From the NCBI GenBank assembly GCA_002633005.1, contig NMRA01000769.1:10376-74375 (forward strand): 64,000 nucleotides of DNA, read 5' to 3'. Source of the DNA: Phoronis australis. Taxonomy: Eukaryota > Animalia > Phoronida. Positions 29,501 through 40,845 of the stretch are shown here, in pieces (position 1 is the first letter of the stretch; each line of letters opens with the position of its first letter). The position numbers and the translations under genes were made by a program. The notes beneath the pieces were generated by a model. The model saw only the letters and a program-made list of their open reading frames with translations. It searched no databases and was not told the origin of the DNA.

Positions 29501-31284
29501 AAGTCGTAGATGCTCAGTGCCGTGTTGTGCAAATGAAAACACGAGAGGTGAGTTAATGCATAGGCGAAGCAGCACTGAAAAAACCGGGGGCTATAGCCCT
29601 CTGTCCCTTTGGTGCACCGCCCATGTTGTTATTCTTTAAGGAAAGAATCTTTGAAATTATGACCATGTAATTCTTTATCTGCAGGCTGTGGATATCTGAG
29701 AAACACCATGCGCTTATCGTTTGGATTTTTGTTATCCCATCCCTGAGCAAGCCTAGACCAGACAGTGACTAACTTGTCAACCGATTCACAAGTTAATGCT
29801 GGTGAAGTAGCCGCGATGCTGAAAACAAATGTTTTTCGATAATTTATCTCTCAATATACCACTGTAATAATTCAAATACGGTTGATATTTAACAGAAATC
29901 TTGGTCGTTGGTCTTCATTAGTATTCGTTTGTTTTAAACTTGTACCCCAAACAAGCGTGTTGGTTTAGCACCACAGTTATCTCATACAAAACGTTCAGAC
30001 CTAAGCCTTATGCCATAGCAACGAGCTCTCTAAAAGCCGTAATAGCGCCATCAAGACTTTGATGTGCCGTGCATTTCGCCTGATACCCAGGGAGTAAGCA
30101 GTTCACCACTTTTCGTCCGCCTGCATGCCAATTTTATTTTAGTATGAACACGAGCAAATACATGTACAACTCTAACATATCCTACCACTGAGGACACCTC
30201 ATTTTAGTATGAACAAGAATGGATACTTGTACAACCCTAAATATCCTCCATCTTAGGACACTTTTTATGCTAAAACTCGAATGAAATCTCTGGAGCAACT
30301 GTTTTCACTAAATTAAAATTGGCAGTTATCGAGACCAGAATGATTAAAACATTTCAAAAATAGACCAGAAATATTTAAAAAATTCAGAAACAGGTAGTTC
30401 ACATAAGAATCCCGAAAAAACAAATGTCATTTAAAGGCAATTGTTATTTTGTTATTCTTCAAGGAACAATTATTTGAAATTATTACCGGGTATTTGTTTA
30501 TCTGCGACTTGAATTGTCTTGTGGATGCCTGAATATAAGACAACTCAGCTGTGTGTGAATACTCGAGCCAATCCTTTTGGGTACTTATTGTCCAACTAAC
30601 CGCGTTTTTTCGATCAAACCTGCAATGGAAATACCAGGTACAATTGTGTTTAGTAAAATTAAAATGACATATGGAGAGCCCAAGTAGAGTTAGGTAATAC
30701 AGAAACAAGTACAACACTGGCATTTAAAGCCAATAAATTAAGTGCTATTTAAAATCGAGCGTTAACTAGTACGGCTCTTTAAAGAGGTGTAGCAAAGGAG
30801 TGCAAAAGGCTTATTTATGCCAGCCATCTTGTTCCTCTCTTTCATGAACAGGTTGGTATTAGCCTTTGTACGAGTTACGGTGCACTGAAAGTGCACATCA
30901 ACCGTGTGAGTTAGTTTTTCTATAAAAGGCACCTGTCATTTTCAGCACGACAATCTGAAGAGATGGTCGCAGCAGAAGTTTGGTGCCGATACATACCCAA
31001 AGCTAGATGATCAAAGACGGGTCCTGTACCATACTAGTCCGGATTTTGATAAAGGTAGCTCGGGCAGTCCTGGCTTTGTACCTAACGAATCTCAAGAGCC
31101 ATGTGTGGCTGTCATGCAGTCGTTTCTCTTTCCGTTTGTGCAGCCGGGCCACAATGTTCCCATGGGTGAAATGGAAGCCAAGTCTATAGAACAAGGAGTC
31201 CGACTAGAGGCTATCTATGATGTTTTGGCACGTGACAACGAGCCTCTTTGTAAAGATATCTTCCCTAATGGTCGACCGAATTAA
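5471..31284 (+). CDS. Multi-exon gene, 5'-incomplete: tandem ZU5/UPA-like modules plus C-terminal FAM111-like trypsin-fold serine protease (at least 1006 aa)
   Basis: Exons 5471-5510, 8400-9244, 10826-10880, 13469-13576, 17510-18261, 21309-21369, 21483-21713, 24779-24847, 26053-26121, 26928-26996, 27940-28008, 29234-29547, 30946-31284. All have AG/GT boundaries, compatible phases, and sum to 3021 nt. Catalytic motifs TNWH, LDFAVLKL and GSSGSP are present. AATAAA at 31384. Confidence 0.8.
7841..7947. repeat. 27-bp tandem repeat, 4 copies (ATCGTGAGATCAGCAGGACCACCCTGT)
   Basis: Four consecutive diverged copies, each ending CACCCTG. Confidence 0.8.
8400..9244 (+). CDS. ZU5 plus UPA-like module 1 exon
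   Basis: TVDGAAGGVIRYKTVQVRVPPNAISG...VTFSEPVEVRM fits the ZU5 pattern (GG..., V.VPP.A, F..PV); YMCRICTYIKYRQDGRLTVQLVCH resembles the UPA start; tag acceptor, gtaagt donor. Confidence 0.8.
9354..10232. mobile_element. Foldback/MITE-like element with opposed arrays of ACACGT/ACGTGT motifs
   Basis: Left arm rich in ACGTGT(A/C)AAA, right arm rich in TTT(G/T)ACACG; internal perfect inverted repeats ATTTTACACGTTTGACACGCT/AGCGTGTCAAACGTGTAAAAT and AACGTGGAGTATTGGAA/TTCCAATACTCCACGTT. Confidence 0.55.
10826..10880 (+). CDS. Linker exon (EESASGTPTAILLTPQAT), phase 0-1
   Basis: ttttgtttcgtttcag acceptor, gtaaga donor, open frame. Confidence 0.7.
13469..13576 (+). CDS. Linker exon (ETHNIGDIDKQISKNPLDASHAVYRQTPDLKVTKTA), phase 1-1
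   Basis: tatttcag acceptor, CAG|gtatgc donor, 108 nt open in the required frame. Confidence 0.6.
17510..18261 (+). CDS. ZU5 plus UPA-like module 2 exon (N-terminally shorter)
   Basis: Paralogous to module 1 (KFTYPVEMRV, GEVTDIT, YYCLQFS, SLLCH, RKKCE, REVQ); ctttttcag acceptor, gtaagt donor at the same position as in module 1. Confidence 0.8.
21309..21369 (+). CDS. Pro/Ser-rich linker exon (ILKHTIPESPSTSACPPSEQ), phase 0-1
   Basis: atttccag acceptor, gtaagt donor; bridges phase 0 to phase 1. Confidence 0.7.
21483..21713 (+). CDS. Protease exon 1, carries the catalytic His (GTGFRVGSQYLMTNWHVV)
   Basis: GTGF...LxTNxHVV motif of trypsin-2/FAM111-like peptidases. Confidence 0.9.
24779..24847 (+). 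CDS. Repeated 69-nt symmetric exon, copy 1 (DETETQTPAACSSTGGDIPEDIT)
   Basis: ttttaccag acceptor, gtacat donor, phase 1-1, open. Confidence 0.65.
26053..26121 (+). CDS. Repeated 69-nt symmetric exon, copy 2 (DETETQTPAAGSSTADVIPDDII)
   Basis: ttttaccag acceptor, gtacgt donor. Confidence 0.65.
26928..26996 (+). CDS. Repeated 69-nt symmetric exon, copy 3 (DETETQTPAAGSSTADVIPDEIM)
   Basis: ttttaccag acceptor, gtacgt donor. Confidence 0.65.
27940..28008 (+). CDS. Repeated 69-nt symmetric exon, copy 4 (DETGTQTPAAGSSTVDIIPGNIL)
   Basis: ttttaccag acceptor, gtaggt donor. Confidence 0.65.
28899..29140. repeat. 62-bp tandem repeat, 4 copies
   Basis: CACACTTGACTCATATTGTCAACCGTGGAACAATGTTTGTACATATTGACGTC repeats with a period of 62. 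Confidence 0.9.
29234..29547 (+). CDS. Protease exon 2, carries the catalytic Asp (DLDFAVLKL) and GHPGGNHKVVD
   Basis: LD(F/Y)AxLxL and GHPxGxxKxxD motifs typical of FAM111-like proteases; tgcag acceptor, gtgagt donor. Confidence 0.9.
30946..31284 (+). CDS. Protease terminal exon, carries the catalytic Ser (RVLYHTSPDFDKGSSGSPGF...SIEQGV...IF)
   Basis: Translated by hand (absent from the ORF track); GxSGSP motif and IExG motif; TAA at 31282-31284. Confidence 0.9.
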   Translation, partial: HDNLKRWSQQKFGADTYPKLDDQRRVLYHTSPDFDKGSSGSPGFVPNESQEPCVAVMQSFLFPFVQPGHNVPMGEMEAKSIEQGVRLEAIYDVLARDNEPLCKDIFPNGRPN

Positions 31285-32269
31285 ATTTTCAGTACGACTG
31301 AGGACGTTACCTCAACCACAAAAATGAATGTATTATTGACATACACTGTATCTGTATAGCTGTTTTTTGCCAATCATACACGAAATAAAATGTATCGTTC
31401 ATGTATCATACATGCAATTCTAAGGTGCACGTGCGGCTTGTGATGACTAAGTAGCACAGCACACATGTTAAGTTCACCACATGTGTTTGTTTGTGTTCTT
31501 TATGCTGTCTCTCTACACGAATGTGCCCGTGCTGTATATGTGCGTGGACCATGATACAACTCCCATGACGATGACACTTGAAAGAAGAAGCAAATCCATG
31601 GGCGCTTTTTGAGAACAGAAGCGACATCTTTTGGCGTTGATATCCCACGATTTGGACATTTTACGCTCAGGTAAACGACGTTCAATTAGTTGAACGACAC
31701 AAAGCAACTATGGCATAAAAATAATATGCGCTTGTAACATATCAGCAATTTGTTTTTCCTAGTCAATAAGCAACATTCAGTTCCCCTGCCTTCGTCAAAG
31801 TGACGAATAATTGTATTGCGCTCATCTGTAACGTGAGCTATACGTTTCAAAAAGTACGCCCACACCTGCGGTCATAAAAATCAACCAGCGTGAGATTGCT
31901 TCATCAAATATTCCAGGCACATTAGTATTGTACAGTCGTGGTTTACCTTTCCGTAAACAATGCAAGCAAATTGTATTTTTTCATCTTGCCACGTGAATAC
32001 GGTGTTTTAAAAACTCACATCTGAGGCCGTTTAAAATTTAACGAGTTTCAGTGCCGATAGCGTACATGTACGTGCGCAGAGAAGCCATGACTGTGTACTT
32101 TTTTAAAAGTTTCGTTAGGTGTGTTTTCAAAGACCTACATAAATCAATGGTGTTAAAATACACAGCGTGTCTGTAAATTTAGACAAACAATGTTTACAAC
32201 CTACCGCAGTGTATCACCCCAATGAAATGTAACCGACAGATACATATACATGTATGTACAATTGAGCGT

Positions 32270-32700
32270 GCGGTGTATCTTCTGATTGTAGTGAAACTAA
32301 CATGTATGTATTATGGTGTTGACAGTGTATCCTCTCGATGACGTGTACCTAACATGTATGTATAATGATACTTAAGTGTATCCTCTCAATGAGGCGACAC
32401 CACAATATAGGAATAATGGTGCTGACAGTGTATCTTCTCAATGAAGTGTTACCAACATATACGCATAATGGTGCTAACAGTGTATACTCTGATTGTATGG
32501 TAACTAACATACATGTATAATGGTGCTAACAGTGTATACTCTGATTGTATGGTAACTAACATAAATGTATAATGGTGCTAACAGTGTATACTCTGATTGT
32601 ATTGTAACAAACATACGTGTATAATGGTACTGACAGTGTATCCTCTCAATGAAGTGTATGAATATACATGTGTAATAGTGCTTACAAAATATCTTTTCAA
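32270..32700. repeat. 52-bp minisatellite, about 8 degenerate copies
   Basis: AATGGTGCTAACAGTGTATACTCTGATTGTATGGTAACTAACATACATGTAT repeats with a period of 52. Confidence 0.85.
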
Positions 32701-35700
32701 AGAACCATAACCAACATTCTCATACAATAGAATGTACATCGGAGACATACACCTTTATTTGCCTAGTCATACTCAGCGTACTTCGTTACCCTGCACGGAC
32801 TACAAAAATATGTCTGAACTTAGTATTTCAAACATTTATTTCCATTATTTTAAGAAAGATGACAAGCTAAATCACTACTTTATTCATCAACAACAGTGTA
32901 CATTCGGCATTTTGAAAAGCGATCTTTTCAGAAAAAAATCTCTTAACAGGATATGCTTGTAAAGACATACACTTAATACATTGGGTTTTCGTGTTTACAT
33001 GAAACTCAAACCCTACAGAAAACATTTGAAATAGATAAAAGGATATTGTATTTCATCTTATGCAAAGGTAATGCAAAACCAAATGTAGATTGACAACTTG
33101 AAAGATAATTCCTTTACAAGTTGTCCCTGAGGTAAACTTGTGTTAGAAGTGTTTTTTCCACTGGTACAACAAAATAACGAAAACGGTAAGTTTCTGTACA
33201 TGTAACTCTTCTACCAACATTCTTGAATTACATGCATGAAATTCGTTCGAATTCGACTTTGTGAACAATAATTAAAGCAAGAAACGTGAAAACATGCTCT
33301 CTTAAAGTGATGAATAACCCTGACCACTAATCAACGGAACAGACCAAATTTGTTTTGTAAACTGTCGCACAAGAGAATTTTGTAGCATCCATGCATGTGT
33401 TTCCGTTTAACATTGCGTTTTTTGTTACAGTCACTGCATCAATTCGTTTCAAATCCTTCTGTAAAAACGCATTAATTGCCAACTGAAATTCTTTATTCCG
33501 AAGAGTTTATTTTCAGAGTTACTTTTTCTGCATGAGGTAGTCGCGACACATTCAATGTTGTGTTCTTATATGTACCTCGAATACTGTAATTTTGCAATTA
33601 AGTGGTTACGATTTCTACAAACTCCGCAAGTTATATCAAAATCTGAATAACTATGCATGACTCTTGACACTAAAACCGATCCCAAATTTGCACTTTTATG
33701 TATCGGTGACATTAAAATCTACGCTCACAATCAACCGGTTGTTGATGTTGGCCCCAGGATACTTTCTATCCTTGATACCTTTACAAGTAAAACAAAGGAA
33801 ACAAGTCCCAACGGAAATATGCGAGCACGTAATAAAGTAATCAAAAGCGATAACTTCATGTATTTGCAATTACAAGCTACTCCTTTAACATTTTCCACCT
33901 TGAAAACAACTGCAGTCGCAACACGTACAGCGTTTTTTTTTGATTTTACATACAATTCGATTGTAATATTAATCATATCTTAATTGTTATGTGTAAAAAC
34001 GCCTCATAATCAGCGCTAAAATTTATAATTCAGCGAGACCATGTGATTTTCCGTCGATGATTTCGCATGAACACTCACTTTGCTGTCATTACCTCCAATT
34101 CCGTTCAGGTCATACAGTTTTACAGTGATTAAAGAGTTTCGTACGTTACGTTCCATTCTCCTGTAGTGTGAAAACCAAAAACATTTCCAGCATCACGATC
34201 TAACCTAGAATCTTGTCAAGCAAGCATTTTTGTGTTGGTACACACTACTGTAATTATGTTGGTCAAAGTTTAGTCACACAAACGAATTAAAGGTGACATA
34301 ATTTGCTTCCCGAATTTTTTAAAGTAATTTCAAATAGTATTTTCAAATATCGGTTCTCGCCAGGAGCACGGTTACAACACCTGGCTGGATTACATGAGCT
34401 AACCAGATGAAAGCAGACAATATGAGAGCTAAACTATGTAAGCATCGGTTTGTTCTTGCAAAGCAGATGACACGAAAGGTCAGTCAGTCAGTCGGGATAC
34501 TCATTCGACAGCGCAGGTGTGTAATGTACATGTAAACCTTTATAAACCGGTATAAGGGTCAGCGTGGGCGAACAACAAATCATTAATTGTTTGTTTGGGC
34601 AAAGTTCTTCTTTTATGTCATAACTTGATAACTTCCTACTGAGGATACGTATACTCCAGATCGGTCGTCTAAACTAGGCGATCAGTGTGGCGACCCAATA
34701 GCCGACCAAAGAGGAAACTCAGCTGTCGATTTCTCGTAGGCCGTGATTGGCGGCTTGACGACCGGTCTGACGAAAGCTTGTGACGTAAGTTCCTGGACAA
34801 AACTGCTATTTTGGAGCTCGACTGTTATCGACATCATGAGAGAAAGAGCTTCATCGGGGAAGCAAGCAGCAAGAGTTCTTAAAAAACATACGGCACCTCA
34901 AGTCGGCGAAAATAAGCACGATAGGCTTACTGGTGATTTTCAAACATAATTTTTGCTTATTTTGCAAGGTTTTTACTAAGTTTGTTGGGGTAACTTTGAC
35001 GAAGCTAGAAAAACTTCAACAATTTAAATCATTTTGTGCAAAGTGTGTGTCTCTCTGTTTCTCTGCTGGTTCACTGCGTATGATTGAGTATGTTCACTGA
35101 TGATACCTCAGTTTGGTAGTGCGTACATGTAGCTTGTTGAATTTCATTACTGTTCTCAGCAACGGTTAACTGTAATGCACGCTATGTCAAACGGATGAAA
35201 ACATAGGGCCGGATATTGCAATTGTGAGTCCCGTAACTTAGAGGTAAGTCGGTGCGTGGGGCCTCTACACAAATGTTCACCAAACGATTGTCGCTCAACA
35301 AAAGTAATACAAAACAAATCTTTATTTTTGGAAAAGAAAGGCAAGTAACGTGACTTTTACACCGATTTAAGAAAGTTTTAAGCGCCAGTCCAGATAAAAA
35401 CCAGTAGATTTTCAAAAATCAAACAGAACAACTTCATTTTTGTACCGGGGTTAATAGGCCTATCCTTACAAAAATCTAAACGCCGAATTGTGTGAACTCA
35501 ATGACGTATAACTTTGCCGCTGGATCACGATACTACAAGCTGGCACAATTTGGCATTTTAGCTGTGTCTAAATTTGTATGTTTTCAGCAATGAAAATAAG
35601 TATTTTATAAAATACATCAAAAGTCGTACTTGTTGGCTGGTATAACCAACGTATACTGCGGCAGGAATGATAACTATAATGACCTCGAGTGTGTTAGGAG

Positions 35701-36696
35701 ACCCCGAAATTAGGTACTGGGGACACTCTAGGGAAACTCTGAGCGATAAGTGAAGAAGGCTGAGCCTGAGATAACCTAAGCCTTTCTAGGTTCAGATAAC
35801 GGTCCACATGTATGTTAACACCCTGCCCCTTTTCTCCTGGGCATAGTAGTATTGTCACACTTCGCATTTCTGTTTTGAGATATGACTTTGGTGAAAGTCA
35901 CCAGGTAATGGATGTCTGTGATTGCTTCACTAAACAACATGCGTAGTACCTTGAAAATAAATCTTTCTGGACTTGAAAGAAGCACCTGTGTTCATTGGAG
36001 TGAAGAGACGTTATCTGTCTCAAGTTTAAGCCAATGCGCCAAGTTCTTTTCCGAAAAACTCATGACCAGGTATAACCACATTCACAAATTTCCACTATTT
36101 CCCCTGAGGATTTTACGTGTGGAAATCATCCTATACAGATGACGGTAACCTGCCTAAAATACAGGGTAGGTAGGAAAACCAATGTCTCTGAAAATCCTCC
36201 ATGTGGCAACTTCTCAACACCAAGAGTTGAGGTTGGCAATGTTTCTAGTGATGAGCCTAAACAAAAGTTCGACATTTTTGTTACAGACGCAGAACCTGGT
36301 TAGCATTTGAATAAGGGTAACCACTACAAGCATTTACAGAGGGGAAACCACGTAATTGTGATCACATTGCACGATAGTGGTCAGATATGCTTTCAGATGT
36401 ACGCACCGGGGCGTCATTCGAGACAGCCTCAGAGTACAGTGTGGATGAGAGAAATGCTCAAGTAGTAGAGTGGGCATTGAACAAACGGTCAAGGTCAACG
36501 AGGTTTTCAGTAAAAAGTACAAACTTTCTGACAAACATATTCTATGGAGGAAAAAAGTCAGGTAAATTACGTTCACCTTCAGAAGTGGACTCCTCCGGGA
36601 AAGAGTTTACTTGTGATGATTGGTTAAGTGAGTCGTAGGTTGCTGGATCTTTTTAACGGTTCTCTGTAGCACCAATGGATTTTGAAAGTTATGCCA

Positions 36697-38313
36697 TTAA
36701 AAGTAAATGCCACCCAAAAACAACCTATTTTGTATCAACTTAGATCGAGTAGTTCCACGCGATAACATCAAGCTCAGTTGTTTTACCTGACACCTGACGG
36801 CAGACGGAGTTGTTCAAATTAACTAGCGGCGTAATACTTGTAGGTTCGAACGCCGTCTGTTCAGCCGTTCACAACAGGCTTACTGGTGTCAACTTGTTGC
36901 TTGAATCATCGTTTTACAACAGTTGTAAAACCCTTATCAATACATCGGATTCTTGAACAAACGAGTTGTCTTATTTCATTGTTACGGATTTACATGTACA
37001 TTTATTGAACGTACGGTGGCCTACAGAGTTCGGTCAAGCAGTGTAGACTCCTAAGTTCGGTAAGCCAAGTTATCATGCTCGATCACGGAAGTTTGGGTCG
37101 TTTTAGAGATCAATTCGAATCGTTCTTCGGTGAAATAGAGACATGCAAGATAGCTGTGTGTTGTAACCTTAGACTTGCAAAAGGTTTGTTATGCCAGCCT
37201 GTGCCTCGAAACCCTTCAGGCCCGTTGCGGCCGCCGGGACTGGACTTCTCGAATTTAAACCAGCTTAAGTTGGAAAATGATCCTTCAGTCACAAAAAGAC
37301 TAAACTAGGGAGCTAAAGAAATAATGTGCATGTAATTATTTTGGGGATTTAGCCACGAAACTTATCGGGGAATGCCAAGTCGAGATACCCTTTTACGGAA
37401 AGGTCAGGGCAAAATCTGTACAGTAACAATGGTATGAATAATGTATTTGTATATCATAAAAGATTCCCCTAACATGTGACCATAGCCTATAAAATCGAGT
37501 CATTCTTTAACAACAGCTTTCTGTCAGCAAACACTGAATTAGCATGCGCTAACACGGCCTCGGATCCCGGCTGTCAATTACCTTTATTTCATCTCAAGGC
37601 ATTGGTTTAGTCATTGCTGGCTTCTCGAAACATTTGCACTCACGAATACTCCAAATGCATGAAACATTGCATGCAATGCAACAGACTTTGTTTAAGTTCA
37701 ATGTATGCATTGGTTATGTTGAGAATAATTCATTTTGAAGCAGAACGCAAAATAATAACGTCAACATGCCAACTCGCAATCGTGACGAGAGCTCAACCGA
37801 CGAAGTCTAAGCAGGTGCATTGTGAAGTTTCACAGGCTATCAGTTCGATCAGGAACACAGCGATCGAGAAACACTAGAGAGGCACCGTGAACATGCACAG
37901 GCAACGGAACGTATGGATAGTTCTTTGTTAAGCCAGAATTCGTCGGACTCACAGTTGGCTACAGTGACGGAGATGTTCCACGGCCTCATACTTGCTATTA
38001 ACAAAGTACTTTTCATTCTTCACTACCGCAATCGACTTCTTAAGCATTTCGGACTGTCGAGGAAGTCAAAAATCACTATATTCCCGCTTTCCTTGCATCT
38101 GCATACTTGAGACGAGCCTAAACGATTCACCACAACATAGCAGCATGCATACTGCAAATGAACCACTGACGTCGCTGCGTCGTTTCTCATATTCCCCAAA
38201 GTTAAAACGACACCTCACGGCAAAGTGAGGTCGACCGTATGCGAGGCAAAGTGGATATGGATTGATTAAGACGCTAAAAAGACTAATTAAATCGGGGCGG
38301 CATTCTCCTTTAA
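36697..38313. mobile_element. Putative non-autonomous TTAA-flanked (Kolobok-like) DNA transposon
   Basis: TTAA|AAGTAAATGCCACCC at the left end and GGGCGGCATTCTCCT|TTAA at the right end form an imperfect TIR (15/19 including TTAA); no transposase ORF seen. Confidence 0.4.
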
Positions 38314-40758
38314 GTTATTCAACCATAGCCAAGCCAAATCGTATTTTCATTTGTTATGAGCTTAACATGCATCACAGTAAAATGCATTCAAACATGCCTA
38401 CTTAGACGACAAACTTTGCTCCAAAATTGAGGAACAGGTCATAAAAAGATAAAGTGCTGAATGAAAGTGTATAAAAAGTGAGATTTTTCTACATCTCACA
38501 AAACAAAACCCATGTGCTAACTTTAAAAACATGTGAGATTCCGGGTGTATACACTAATTTTTGGATTTTATTTTGAGTAACTCTTAAAACCAAGCGTAAA
38601 CGATGGGATACAGAGAACTTAGCTATCTGGTCAAGAGAACCCTAACTGATTTCACAGCTCATGCTAAAGCGTGATGATAAGATAAAAATTGTTTCAACTG
38701 TTGTGTTAGATGAATGCTTTGTTCAACCGTTTAATGTACATGTATCTCAACCCTTATTTTGTGGAATCCATTCTAAATCGAAAACATTAAGCGTTGTGAA
38801 CTAATAAAGGAATGTTTTTACGTTAAAAACTACTGAGAGATGATTTGCTGCTTTCGGGAACTGATCTGACTGAGGGGTTATGACTATACAGGTAAAACTA
38901 GCCACCATCACGGGTACTCAAGGAAGCAGCATGCTAGAGGTGCCCCTATTGAGGCAGGACAGGAACCCCAGGGCAGTCCTGCCCGTAAAAACGAAAACAT
39001 TGTTTTTCGGAGGGCGGGCCCATACCAATTTGACTGCGCCAATCTAACCCCCTACTGTCGCTTCCACCGCTGTTCTCCAGATGGCAGTTATATTGGTACC
39101 GAAGCTCAGAATGTCCTCTTTTGGTAGCGGAGCAGCGCCCAGGGATGCAGCCCTCATAAATTGGGTAATCATGAACCAATAAAATTTCACTTAGAATAAA
39201 AATCAGCCTAGGACTGTATGTATAACGGTGTGAAAATACCAAACTCGATGAACTAAATCCAGTTGCTGGCCAGCTCAGCTACATGTATCATTTCTTTGAA
39301 ACAATCAGCTTAGGTCGTACCTCTCCGTCTGCGCTGGCTATATCATAAAGATTCGTTTTATGATTCAGTTTTGGTAAAAGTTTGTTCTAATTTCTTCATT
39401 CTGAAGGCCTTTTTAAATGTGGAGTTCCGTGATGAAAAACATTTCAACTCTTGGAATTCCGTAATTCAGCTCCCCTGGACCACTCAAATTCTGGATCAAG
39501 CAATTTAAGTTCCCCCGGATCACTCAAAATCTGCACAGACCTATTGCATGATTACACATTATTCTTAAAGTGGTTGCGCCATCATGACGTGCTCTTTATG
39601 GGTAGTATGCACAAGAATGTCAAGCCAGCGATTCAGTTTTGAACAACAGATCTTCATTGCGCAATACTACTGGAAACTACATGTAAACACATCAGAGAAG
39701 AGCAAATATATTTTTTCCGAGTTAATGAGCAATAACTTTAATTATACATATTTAAAAACTTAAAACTTTATTTACATGTATGGTTTGTGAATGCCTCTAA
39801 TGTAGTTCATAGTTCTAAACAGACAAGGCGCATGATGTTTCTCTTGTGAAAGAACGGGGGATAGGGCACTAAATGGTGTCCTCCTCAAAGTATGTGTATG
39901 CTGTGAATCACTTGACGATTCACGTGGCCTGCTGAAGTCCTCGAGAGGACACAACGTAGCCAACTTAATCCGTAAGTCCAATAGATAAATTATAGTCATT
40001 TGAATTGGAACACTTTGTAAAACTGTCCGACATTCACCATAATCCTTGAGACTAATTTGACACAGACAAAAATCGGTTTGCTAATTGAGGATCTAATCGA
40101 ATTTTGCCATTTCTTACAACGTTAGCTTCTAACTGTCAAAAATTTATTTTCGTATCTACATAAACCAGTAAACCACGAATGAATCTTAGAGACAAGAGGC
40201 GAATAACCCTGAGGGCACACCCCACATGCGACTCAAAACGCCACGTACATGTCGTTTTATGCTGCACGCGAATATTTCCCCGATGATTGCGTTTGGGCCC
40301 CCTTCAGAGACCGCTTGGAATGCACGCCAACCTTTGCTATCCTCTGTGTGAGGTTGGAACCCCATTCTACAGCATCTTAGATTCGCCAATTGTGAGTCAA
40401 AAATAGGTCCACTTGTTTGCGAGGTTTTGCACATTCTGTGCTAAAGATGATACGGTGGGTTTCGGGCGCTTACCTCCCTCTAATTTTACCACTACCGCAC
40501 TGGTGCGCAATATATTCATCAAGGTACGCAGGCCCGTACGTAAGTTAATAGGCAACACAGTTCTCCCTCTTAGGCATTTAAGGAACGACACGTTGCCTAG
40601 GTAACGAAGAGATCACAGTGTTATATGGATGCAAGTTTTAAAGAACACTAAACTCGTAGTTTTGCTCTTTATTCAATCCACCGCAGCTTGACATGGAAAT
40701 TGAAGCCATATTTGATATCACACGCTGTGCTTATTTGTACCATCCGTTCTTCGGACAT

Positions 40759-40845
40759 TTAAGTAACCTTTGACACGATGACAGAGTCCACGGCAATATC
40801 TGTACGAAAGTCATTGATGTCTCCCAAGGTGAATACGAATAGCAG
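40759..40845 (-). CDS. MAM3 final exon (LLFVFTLGDINDFRTDIAVDSVIVSKVT*)
   Basis: DIAVD MAM C-terminal motif; ttacag acceptor. Confidence 0.8.
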   Translation of the reverse strand: MLFVFTLGDINDFRTDIAVDSVIVSKVT

